64,000 bases of DNA. It comes from Takakia lepidozioides. Taxonomy: Eukaryota; Plantae; Bryophyta. The stretch spans positions 14,818,001 through 14,882,000 of the forward strand of contig CM060734.1 of assembly GCA_030704615.1 (NCBI GenBank). The letters run 5' to 3'. The translations under genes were made by a program, and so were the position numbers. Below, one piece after another: positions 13,341 through 25,489 of the stretch (position 1 is the stretch's first letter; each line of letters starts with the position of its first letter). The notes below the pieces were generated by a model. The model searched no databases, was not told the origin of the DNA, and worked only from the letters and a program-made list of their open reading frames with translations.

Positions 13341-16300
13341 ATTGAAGCTGCCTTGGGGAGGTGGAGCTGGGGAGGTCGCTCCACTGTCGATGCAAATTTG
13401 GTTTGCGCCCGGTACGCCATGAAGAAGCCCGTTCCCGAAGAGGGCTGCGATTTGCGAGAGACTAGAAGGCGTATGTAGTTGTGTTGTCGACGACCTTTAG
13501 CCGCTCCCTTATGGCTACTGCTTGGGTAAGGATCCATGGAGAAGGATGGCAACAACACGAAGTGATTGGGATCACAACAAGAGGCAGATCTGCAATAGGC
13601 AGAGTTACAGCGTGGTCCCAGATCTGCGGAGCTCAAATCTACGGAGCTCAAAATGTTTGGCAGTGGTAGGTGTAAGAATCTTGTTGGCAGGAGTTGAGTA
13701 CTCCAGAGCAGCGGCGATTGGGTGGCAGAGGATTCGGGCTCATCAAGGGGTATTGGGGAAGTAGTGGCCATAAAGGGTGTTGGTTTTCTTGTACCAGCCC
13801 CTTGTCTAAGGCTGTATGTTTTCCATTGATAATATTTGGTATGCAGGCCTTGCAGACTTGGTGTATTTGTTTGTGCTTTCCTTCCAGTATTGTGCGTTTG
13901 GAGGCTGAGGCACTCGGTTAACGATTGTTCTTTATATGAGTTGGGCTTTGGCATATGTGGGGGTAGTCGCTTCTTATATCGAGCTATAGATCCTTGTGAA
14001 AATCTTCCTCTCAGGGCATGTAGACGAGCTGACTGTTGTTTCGAGGGGTGTAGGTAAAACTTGCGACATGTAAGCCAGATAGCATGAGATGTTGGCAGCT
14101 GCCTCGCAGTAGGCTTTGAGGGAGACATCTGGTTCAACAATTAAGTTAGGGCTTCTTTGAGTCAAAGTTGGAAGAAGCAGCCTGAGGTGTGTCAGTGATC
14201 CAGCTAGATTTGCATGTCGTGGCACATAGTGGTGCTGGTTCTGATAGTGGCTGAGCCTAGCATACGATGTCAGCTTTCTAGTATATTTATAGGTAGAGCA
14301 GCTGATTAGGGAGTTGAGTTTAGTATGATCATGAGTTGATGTACTTTATGGTTGTTAATAAATGTGGGGGCTATGTCCCTTGGATTCATGTGAGAATTCA
14401 GCTCATGATGGTGCTGGTTTCGATAGTGGGTGATCGCAGCATGCGCTATTAGCTGCTTGCTGGCATACTCATAGGTGAAGCGGCTCGGTGAATTGGTTCC
14501 AGTTGGTATCGGTTGTGCATGTGTGAGATTTTTGGGCATGCCAGTATGCCGTGGATAATTGGTGTGGTTCCCATTTGCTGGCCTACCCCCAAGCTAAGAG
14601 TAGCTCTGTGATGTATGCAACTGTGGGGGGGGATATCAGGGTAAGTCTGACTTGGAGAACAATCAATATCCTATATTGCATTTGGCGCATGTAGCAAGCG
14701 GACATAGCAGCTAATGGCTTTTGTAATTGTATCCTGGGTCCTCTCATGGCAGATAAGATGGTCCATCATTGGGACTATAGCAATGTTGAAGGCAGGTTCA
14801 CCTGGCACATGGGAGCCCCTGTAACACCTAATGTAGTCATGAGGCCCACAAGGCATGCACAGTAAACATAGTCTGACTACAGCTATGGAGGTATATAGCA
14901 GTAAACTTAGTCTGATTGCAGCTGAGATATTATGCACATTTTTCCCTGCTCTTCAATGCTGCTGAAAGGGTATTGATGCTTTTGTCCCGTGATTCTCAAA
15001 GGCTGAGTATCTCTGAATCTGTCCATGTGGTAGTAAGTACACTTGCAGAGCTAACAGTGCACAAATGAACATGGTGAGGAAAGGGTATTCTAAACAAACC
15101 CCACCACCCACCCCAATCACCCAAGAGTGGAAGAAAAACCTGAAACTGAAATGTGACTTAGGAGATAGATGATGGTGCCTTACTTAGGTAGGTTGTTTCG
15201 TCTTGGTTTTCTTTCAGAAACCTCTTAAGACTCCTATGGTGATATGGAGGATATGGAGGACTCCTAATACATCTGCATTTTTTTTTCTTCGAAAACAACA
15301 TAAAAAGGCAACCCCCAAGAAACTAACAAAGTACACAAAAGTTCCTTCACCTTCTGTGCAATGTACATTGATCCATTTTGGAGTTCCCATACTTTTCTGA
15401 CCAAAACAGAGTACACAAATGTCCATACTTATATGTACATAGATGTCCATGCATACACTAGTACAGTCCCTACCCGTTCACTTTTTGTCCACAACATGTG
15501 CTTGCAAATACTAGTTATAATATTTGTAAATGAATTTTTTATTAATTTAGGGTTTCTAGGGTTTGGGGTTTGAGGGCTAGGGTTGTGGTTTTCTCGTAGG
15601 TATGATTTGTTTTTGGGCTGAAATTTGTTTTGTGAAGATACACACACATGGTACTACAACTATGCAAAATAGTGCCTCCAAAAAGTGTGTTCTTTGCTCA
15701 TTTGTACCAATCTACGTAAGTAGAGCATGTAGTTGAAGTGATCTTAAGCTTTGAAGTGCAAATGATGTGACCACATGTGGAACCTCTTGTATATGAATTT
15801 ATTTTAACACGACACTTTGCATGAACAATGTGTATGTTGTCAGGAAGCTTGGGAATCGGTAACAGATTGAAAAAAAAATTGTATCAAGGCCAATCGGCAG
15901 TGTTTACATCTACAGATCATGTACATGGCAATGACATGGTTTTTGGCCAACTAGGAATTTTTTAGAACGTGAAACTTTCCATGCACAATCTATATAGGGT
16001 CCTTTACCATGCGCCAAAAAATCACATCGAAGAAAATTGATGTCAATGCTATTTCATAAGTTTAGCACCGCTTTGTATCATGATACGGACATGGTATGGA
16101 CAATTGTGTACATAGCGTGGATATTTGTGCACATTGTAAAGACGTTTGTGTACTCTAATAGCTAAGAAGAAAAGTGACCAGTTGATGGAAAATGTCAGAA
16201 TGTGCAGAAAAGGAGGGTGAAGGAAGTTTTGTGTACTTGGGTAGTATAGGGTGGTTGATTATTTGGTTTAGGGTGGGTAGTTTAGGGTGGTTGGTTAGTT

Positions 16301-16928
16301 AGTTTATAGAGGTTGGTTACTTTTGGTTAGTTTTGTGTGTACTAGTTTACATTGTGCTTTTCATTGGTTTTTCCTTTTTTCTACATGTGGAATGGAGTTG
16401 TTTTGGGTTAAGCATTTCTGTGACCAAAGTATTCGTTGACTGTGCTGAGTTGACAGTGACATGGAAACTAATGGAAACTACAGAAACTAAAACTATAAGA
16501 AACAAAGTAAACTAAAGTAAAGAAAGCTATCGGACTAGAACTACTTAGAAGCCTGAGAGACGAAACAACGAGCTGAAGAAAACCAAGGACAGACACAGTT
16601 TGGAAGTTTGTCAATTCCTCTTGGACGGCTGAGCTTCATGACTAGATCGGCTGAAAGGGTTCTAGTTTCTTCCTCGGAAATCTTTCTTTAACTATCCTTG
16701 GTGCAAGGCATTCAATGGCATGCCATTTCAATCAGATAATGGTGAAGCAGGGTCATAACACTGGAGTGAGCCCCTCACAAAGGTAGTCTCTGTTACCTTC
16801 TGTACTTATGCACAGGGTCCATGGCCCCAAGGCTACAGCAAAACATTCATAATTGCTATATGCATGAGGTCTAATTGCTATGTGCATGAAGTGTTCACTC
16901 TTGCACATCAGATTGACTAAGACTCTAC

Positions 16929-17557
16929 TGCACCCAACAGGTTGTCAATCACGTCCTTTATTCAGAATGGAAACCAAATGACATCATCATGTTGTAGACC
17001 CTTACCCATGCGGGCATTGAAGTCACCCAGCAAAAATACGTACAATAGCATTGGCACAGAACTTAGCAGTCCAAACAGGGATCCCTCAGTTTAACCCTTA
17101 ATATATTGTCCACAAAGAGGTCCTTATTGCTGATGACACATTTTAAATTTACTCCCAGCCATATACTATGTTCATGCTGAAGGTCCCTTTTGATGCATTC
17201 ACAATTATCAGTCAAGAAATCGCAGACAAAGGTACCAACACCCTTTTGACCATGCTTTGCACCCAACAGACTGTCAAGCTTGTCCTCTATTCAGAATGGA
17301 ATACTACAGACATCATCATGCTATAAACCCTTACCCACGCGGGCATTGACGTCACCTAGCAAGACTACATGACATTTGTCACAGAACTAAGCAGTCTACC
17401 TTCTAAGAAGCCCTTGACATCTTTGACAAACAGGGATCCCTTAGTTGGCATGTAGATATAGAATTTAGTCCCAGCCACATCCTCTGCTCATACTGAAGGT
17501 TCCCTTTGATAATTTTACAATTATCAATGAAGAAATTGCAGACAAAGGTACCACCAC
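16929..17557 (-). repeat. Tandem duplication (~330 bp x2) of a decayed LINE APE-endonuclease segment
   Basis: Two copies starting TGCACCCAACAG (16929, 17258); minus-strand LLGDFNARMG and LLGDVNARVG motifs. Confidence 0.75.
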
Positions 17558-17839
17558 AAATGTGGATAAGATTTGCTTGCAGAATTTGAACTTAGAGCCA
17601 TGGCCTGAGGTGTCTTGCTCCTGATTCAGCACTGCACCTACTCAATCCACAAGCAGCTATTAGCTATCATCTGCCTTCTGCCCTGTTGGGCTACAATTCA
17701 TGTCCAATCAGACAGCACAATTTCACTTGACAAAGAATCATAGAGATTGCAGGGTGAGCTCCACTTTGCATACATCAAAACTATGACATACACTGCCCCT
17801 AGACCAACAAGAAACAACAAGAAACAACAATACTCACAT

Positions 17840-19785
17840 AATCATCTTCCACTTCCAGAGATGCAAGTACCGATTTGATTCCACATAGCACATCTTCTGA
17901 CAGCTCGTACACAATGTCATTTCCACTTGCCCTGTACTGTTTGGGGGGCATGAGGAACTTCACCGCACGCACTAGATGTGCATGCATATAAACAACATGA
18001 GAATTTTTTAATAGAATGTAAGATGATTCACCACTTCTGATAGTAAAGACCAGCCACGACCTCATCCCCTTCAATGAAAGATGTTCCCCACTTATCTTTG
18101 AAAGCCTTTCCAATTCGATGAAGTGGCTTTGTACAAGATATTATCCAGAATGTGACACCCTCCTTGATCCCCTGCTCTGCATTGACAGCAAAATTGTCAA
18201 CAATCTCTAGTGTGGCAGCCAATTCCCCCCTGTACACCAATTGTCATCCCACTCATCATACTTGGCATCTCGTACCAATCTAGTATCATGTGGTTGGAGC
18301 TGCTTTGGAATCCAAGGGCCTGTCCATTGTTTATTAGTGCAATTGGACCAATTGCTATCTAGGTAATAAACATAGAAGCAAACAAGGCCTTTCACAAACA
18401 ATAAGGACAAACTGTGCTTGTTAGTTGCACTGATGGAGTGCAACTTCATGGATCTCTTTATGGGGTCACACTTGTAGGTGATGCATGTCCTGTCCACGTC
18501 ACCAACCTTAACCAACCAAAAAATCCTGCTTAATGGCCGTCTCTGTCTGCAGTATGAGGTTTCTGGTCAAACAGACAAGTTCTCTCGGAGGAATGCAACG
18601 ACCTCCTCTGCGTTCTGTAGTTTTGGCCCTTCAGGATGCAATTGGGCCCTTCGCAGGAACCTGTCAAAGCCAAGACAATGATAGGAAGATGCAATTGTCA
18701 TAAAACATAGCACGATGTATTCCCACATAGGAAAAATTGGTTCACACCAATTAATGGGTACAACCTCCACCTTTGAAAGTAAATGATGTGGAAACATATA
18801 CGGTGACAGTACATACCTTTTGATGACAGCCCCTGCACCGTCGTGTGGACCCTTGCCATGACCACTACCAAAGAAGCTCCATATTATCTTGCATCCCCCG
18901 GTCATGTTAGGGTACTTGCTCACAAAATACCAAGGTTTAGAGCTTTTAAATTGAGCGGCACAACCATCAGACCAAATCCAATGTTGGTTCGGTGCATACC
19001 CTTTCTCCACCATGTGCTGCCACTGTAGCTTAAAACAATGCTGCACAAATTTTGAATCGTGCTTTCGGTCGTCCGAAATATAGAAATGGTATTCAGTTAG
19101 AATACGGGATTCCTTATCATACGGATCAGCTTCAGGGTTATGGCGGAATTTGAACAATGATGCTAATCTGATAAGTATGCCAATGCATACTTTGAACTTC
19201 GTTTTGAATCTCAAAGCTGTAGTTTTCAGCAAAGTCCACAACTGACACTACAGTGTCCTTGGGGAAAGAATTGATACACCTTTTAAATTGCTGGTCCTCC
19301 CATCGCGCAACAAAGTTGTGCTTCACGAAATGCTGCAGCTTCGGCTTCAAATAATCCACAAACTCATCAGAAGGAGTTTTCTTGTAAACTATTGTGAGCT
19401 TCTTCAGGGGTTTTCCCGCTTAGAACATGGTAGTTTCCATGGCAAATCTCTTCCACTCAACCTGCCCTGTGCCAGATTCCTCAATTTCAACAGGGCATAG
19501 TTGAAGAACCTTAACTCCACATTTTTTGCATTGACCAAACAAACATTTCTTTTTGTGCCACTCATCCTCTTTCCCTTTTGGGCATACAATGGATTCCCAC
19601 AACTCTGTCACTCTTTTGTATACCTTGGACTGGGCTGCACATGTTGACTGGTTAGGGTGTAAGCACGACCCCTTACAATGGCAATTACAAATGTCTTTCG
19701 CATGGAGACCGGAGCTTACCCTCATGTTGTTCAAGCCAAGCCGAAGTTCATTTAGTTCCACATGATAGATGCAGGAGCATCGCAA
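17840..19785 (-). pseudogene. DNA transposase, Sola2-like DDD/E type, N-terminally truncated, with an intron
   Basis: Cys-rich segment, then VVDFAENY..QNEVQSMHW, ISDDRKHD, WSDGCAAQFK, WSFFGSGHGKGPHDGAGAVIKR; GT-AG intron 18661-18816; several frameshifts. Superfamily name is from motif recall. Confidence 0.75.
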
Positions 19786-20159
19786 TATGGGGTTTGACAC
19801 ATTGATCATGTGGATATTCCGATACACGATGTTCTGGGCAATCCCGGAACCTCCCTGCACATCGCTCCAACACACGTCATGAATCTCCAATATACATATA
19901 CGTTGATTTTCATGAAATACTGCGACCTTAACCAATTGAGCTGGAAATTCTCTTCTTCATACATGAGTCTAAAGTGCAGTGAAAGAAGTCAAGTTCGGTA
20001 CATGCAACTTGAACATTAGATTCTCGTGCACTACAAGAGGACAATCAAATATACCTGTATATAGAAACGATTCATCGTTCAGGGAAGATATATGGTGCAT
20101 TTTTCAACGAACCGCAATAGGTAGGTACGTAGGTACGGGTATTGTCATTACTGCACATT

Positions 20160-22510
20160 TGTGAGATACGAGTAGTTTCATGGGTATTGCAATTCCAAAC
20201 TTCACACCTGAAGCAGTGTGAACATACCCGCCATGTCTTGATTCTCGCGCCATTTGTGAGCGTCTGAGCTCTGAGGGAAGTCTATACCGGGCAAGGTGAC
20301 CACAAAGCATCATCCCGAGGGAGATCCAGAAGGAGTAGAAATCCCGGACCAAACGCCAAGAAGCACAGGCAGCGTGACAGTACAATAGGCAATGCTCTAT
20401 GGTCTCAGGCACATTCAGGTTGCAGAGCTTACAAACTGAGCTAGCATCAGAAACAGAGTAAGAGACTGGGAGAATTTTGTTAACCATCTTCCATAGAAAG
20501 CCCGACAGCTTTGCAACCCGGTCTTTCTTCCAAATATCCTTCCAAATGCACTTCCAAGATGTGGGATGGCCAGAGAAATGAGCCCATTTCTTGGTAAGCT
20601 TGAGATCCACTTGGATATGGGAGTTTATAAGTAAAGAGTACCCTTTCTTGACCGTGTAAGAGAAGAAAGGCGAGTGCTTCTTATCTTGCCAAATCCATTC
20701 ACCAGGGTTGAACTGTAGCAAGGTTAGCGGAGCCAACAAAAACCAGAGGAAATGAGGGCTTTGGTGGCAACCATTGGCCGCTGAGGGGCTAATGGTGCCA
20801 GTGTTCATACAAATGACTCTGATGGCATAGAGGGCATCTTCCTCGCGATGAGAAATTTCAGGAGAGTGTAAAAAACCAGAAGGGTGGACTTTAAACAACC
20901 AGCCCCGAAGGGAAGAGCCATCCCGGGACATAGCAAAGAAGGCTTTTTTTAGGATTGATACCTTCCAAACCCCACCATGTGTGGAGGGCCTTCCTATTCC
21001 TGGGATGGGAGGTCAGAGAAACCCAGCGGTCTGGGAAATCAGCAGTCACCATCCCCCATCCAGCAGTAGCCCGCTTGCGGGTCATATCAGAGGTTACAAG
21101 CTCTCTAGGCAAAAGAGTACCATCGCTCCAAAGGTGAGTAAAGTGAGAAACCCCCGCGGCTTCCCAAAATGCCCAGCAAGGTGAACACTTAATGAGAGAT
21201 TCAGAATCTCTATTGTAATTTCCAAAGAGTGGTTGTCTGAGGGCCTCCTCAGACGTCGTGGGTTGAAGCTGAGCAAGAGAGATACGCATAGCAGTCTAGG
21301 CCCTCCATATGGACCTCCACGCACTGGAACTAGAAAGAGGTTTAGCATTCGAGTTTCCACCTTGCACCACCCAACGTACAAAGGGTGGCCAAATAGAGTG
21401 AGGGTTAGGGTTTGCATTTAAGAGATGTTGCCTGACTAGAATACTCCATGGGGCAGAAAAAGCAGAGCACAGATCTGATAGCCGGGGTCAATAATTCCAA
21501 GGCCCCCATCTTTTTTTTTTTGTGTTATCTGCTTCCAACTCACCAAAGCTCTTCTATTCTGCGAAGGGCTGGAGGCTCCCCAAATGAAATTGCGAACTAG
21601 GCTTTTAATGTGTTTGATTACAGCTTCGCCCGGTGACCAGACTGAGGAAGAAGACCAGCAAGAAGCCAAGAGGACGTGGTTGGCTACCGGAGCCCTACCA
21701 GCGATGTAGAAATGCATTGAGCTCCAGTGAGACAGGCTTTGTTTGAGGTTGGAAATGAACTTTTCTGATCTCTTAGTATCATCCAGATCATGACCTATGA
21801 GGTGACCCAAAAGCACATGAGCACTCCCGTCTTGAAGCCATGAGAGACCAATGCTTTCCTCCCAATCATGGCAGTGGGCAGCTAAGCCAGACTGCTCAAA
21901 TTCTCTTTTTGGGACGGATATCGCATGGGGTCTGCCTCCTTTTATGTCTCTATTGAGAACGATCACGGAGCTTCTCGTGTATAATTGTCCAGAGGAATTC
22001 GCCAACTGGGGCCCCCATTGGCAAACGCGACACCTGGAGTTCGGGAAATTGATTGGTAATGATCCTCTTTTCCAGCACTTGTCAGGAAAAACGTTCTACG
22101 TGTGGGACGGGAACCTTGGGTCCTAGCATGGATGGAGCATATAGCCCAAGCACACCCCGACGAACTAGATTGGCATTATGCCGTGGAGTGTGTTGTGTTC
22201 AAGGTGGTGGGGCCGAAGGATCGCAGTCTTCTCAAAACTGCTATGACGGACATAAACTCGTAAGTTAAAATGCTCATTGCACTAGAACTTTCAATTTCAA
22301 ACACTCATTTCATTGGCAATCGTCTCATTTATTGGAAATGTGGCATTGCAGGGTCACGGAGAATGCCTTCGTTGCCACCAACTTGTCCCACATGCTCTTA
22401 GGAGTGAAAAATGTCGGGAGGCAGGGGGTGCACGAGTTTGCCAATTCCATCGGTGCCGATCTCCTGCGCAAGTCACAGGCAAAGTAAAAAACTGTACAAA
22501 GTTTCATTGG
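20160..22510 (+). pseudogene. ParB/Sulfiredoxin-like domain gene, copy A (interrupted by L1, frameshifted)
   Basis: 21910-22259 across frames: DGYRMGSASFYVS...WGPHW...DPLFQHLSGKTFYVWDGN..LAWMEHI..HPDELDWHYAVECVV...TAMTDIN. Phase-2 intron 22260-22351 sits at the same position as in copy B. Possible N-terminal piece (DSRAICERL) at about 20160-20275. Confidence 0.7.
20280..21910 (-). mobile_element. L1-like ORF2 3' fragment (post-RT region and zf-RVT) inserted in ParB-like gene A
   Basis: LVRNFIWG...VSWKQIT.KKKDGGLGI, YTVKKGY, WKDIWK, CKLC..PETIEHCLLYC. Confidence 0.85.
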
Positions 22511-23829
22511 TGATCGCAACACACGTGGGCCAGATACTATCGATGGAATTATTGATCGCGATGGGAATAGGCCAATGCGGCAAATGAAGATCAAACGGGG
22601 TCGGATGCGCCTAAGAATGCCTGATGCAACCACAACGGCCACTGATGACGATGACATCACCGACCATGGTACTGGCGGTGAAGTGCAGGGGGACTCGGAC
22701 TTCACGTTGGTGGGGCCGGCAAGATTGTCATCCCGTCGTAGAAATAGAAACAATTAGGAAGACGGACATCTTAGTAGGCAAGAACTTGCAAGACGGTCCG
22801 CGGTGAATGTGTCGCGGTCCACTAAACTATTGGAATACATGTAGCCCAGTTTGCTTTCGTATAAAATATGAAATTGGTTCGGAACTTGCATTTATATAAT
22901 TATGAAACTATGAATGTATGCAAAGTGGAATGTGCATGCACCATGATGTTCATATAAAATAATATCAATAATGCCAAATGATGTTGGGTCAATGACGAAC
23001 AAGATGGGATATACAACAACCGCGGTTGTCCAGCTTTTTGTCCATGTCTCGACGAGACATAAGTATCTTCCCTCTCTGATTTAGACCAGTGTACTTGGTG
23101 GTTCTTGTACACATTATCAACCAATCTCCCTTCTGTTTTCAGTTTTATGTTTGATTTACTAACACCTTGGTCTGAGCATGACAAAAGGTTATCAAATATG
23201 TTCCTGATTGAACTATTCACTCTGAAATTGAGTATCCCTATGAAATATTCATGTATGCCGGTGGACTTGATTAAAATTCCAAACCCGCAACTTGATAACA
23301 ACGGTGGACTTGTTAATAAGTTATAACTTACTCATCGACACTATGAAGTTCTACATTAAATCCCTATCAGGTCAATCAAAATTATTCTGGTTAACAGTTA
23401 TTCAGCTCAACAAATATGACGTACAACCGTGGTCCATGCAAAATTCAAATTGAAATTCCAGAATAATGAGAAAGAGTGCTTCAAATATAAAGGTCATCCA
23501 CAAGCATTGGGCGCCATTGTCAAATCACGAAATACATGCCTCATGGGCAATGCTTCGAAATTCGGGCATGAAATGCTATGTTGAAATTTTACAAACCTAT
23601 TAGAGGAGTACGTGATTTCTCTTTGCCGATAGGACTTAGATAGTGATCATAGTCACCATGTACGACCACAGACCCCCTGCACTAACCGCAGTCGGGTAGG
23701 CAGTTCAGTGAGCCCAACCTACACCGTAACTTACCATGACCCCCCTAGACTAATATGTCGTCACCCTGACCGCGCGCGCTCAGGGCTCGTCATATCCCCG
23801 ACACATATGAGCCCCAGCCCCAAAGCCAG

Positions 23830-25480
23830 TTGAATGCAGCTACAGCAACAGTAGCACTACTATCACCCCAACGCGAGTTGAATGCACCTGCAGCAACAGT
23901 AGCACTGCCATCGTCCCAACCCGTATTGAATGCACCCGAAGCAACTACAACACAGCCTTTGTTGGAAAATGAATTGCAAGCCAAAGACCGACGTATCGCG
24001 GAGTTGGAGGACATGGTGAATAGGCAAAGGCGTCAAATAGAGGAATTGGAGAGACAGTCCTCAATATTGGTCGACGATGTCATTGCACAAATAACTTATG
24101 ATATTCCTAGCCCGCCCCGGTCGTCATTTGCTATTGCACAGGATGCAAGGCTTGAATGTGAACTGAGGACAAAAGGCAAGGAGCCTATGGTGGTGAGGGG
24201 TGAGTGTTTGGGAACAACTATTCAATCCGACACAACAATTGTTGTGGAAAATCTCATTAAGGAACGTTATATCGCAAGGGCGACTGCAAATCAGCTGGCC
24301 AGGGTAGTAGACCTCAAAAGGTTTATGCCACGTGAAGAGAGGTGGACGGAGTGGGTCATGTGGGCGAGAACTTTGGCATCAGAAGAGGTTCAGAAAGAAC
24401 ATGCACTATATCAACTACAACAAGCTGCACGGATGTCAGATCGTGTTGTGCAGAACATTTTATGTAAGCATGCAGCGCTATGAGGCATTTGCCACTAACC
24501 GAGAAAAAGAAAAGGATGAAGAAAGAAAAAAACATGAAGGCCAAGACGTGTCTGCCGCACTTCCCATACATCCGAGTTGGACTCATTCACGGTGTGGGGT
24601 GATTTACATGGCATGTTTGACCGTTGTGAACATCGAGTTGGTGAAGGCAATGAGAGCATAATTTGGGAATTTGAAATGGAGGAGGAGTGGGATACTAGTG
24701 AGACACAAATGTCATCTCACTTGTTTGACAACAAGTGGGTGGATTGCTCACGTCCTCCAATACCATTATGGATCAAAGATGGCTTGTGTTGTCCAGTTTG
24801 CCTTAATCCATATGGTCTGGAGGGTTCATACTTGTTGGGAAATTGTGGACATATGTTTCACGTAACTTGTTTGAAGTCGGCGGCTCTGATAAGCAACACA
24901 TGTCCGTCATGTCGTGCGCCAATCCACCGACGTTACCATGAGCTATTTGGGTTGGAGGATGTGATGCCCATAGGGTATGAGCTCAATCGACACAATTTCC
25001 CTTTGGACTAGGAACCTCACAATTTTTTGAACGGCAAACACTGGGGGAAGACGTTGGCATGGAATGCCGATACGAGGATGCATGGCATGATATCCGATCG
25101 AACGTTCGATATCAATGAGTTTTGGATGACATCGAATTGGGAAATCACAAAACGTGCTCGTTGCATAGAAGATCCAGATCAACGGGAGTTGTTTTGTCGA
25201 AACCTTGGAGGACATTGGGGAATAAGAAGCGAGAGATTTTTTTCGATTGCCCGAGAACCCACCAAACGGAGTGAACCTTTTCTCATACAATGGTAATCCG
25301 ATTGGCCGGCATCTGCTACTACATAGCCTTGAGCGTGTTGCCAAATCATGGATCCGAATGAACGACGCAATGACGGAACGCAAAGAGCGGCGGCTGCGTC
25401 GCACCGTATATGAGGATGCGGATGAAAAGAAAATCAACAGATATGCCAAGGCCATTAGGCAAGCGAGTTTGCGTTTCTAA
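23830..25480 (+). pseudogene. Coiled-coil + RING-H2 protein gene A (broken into several ORFs; probably transposon cargo)
   Basis: ORFs 23830..24483, 24577..25011, 25027..25296, 25247..25480; RING-H2 CPVC...CGHMFHVTC...CPSC; coiled coil KDRRIAELEDMVNRQRRQIEELER. Confidence 0.7.
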
Positions 25481-25489
25481 GTCCTACGG

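Larger units (their letters stand above)
7184..13420 (-). mobile_element. Near full-length degenerate L1-clade LINE
   Basis: ORF1 with zinc knuckle (CCTCGQTGHLRVNC); ORF2 with APE and RT; (TAA)n tail at about 7184-7206; 5' boundary uncertain. Confidence 0.9.
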
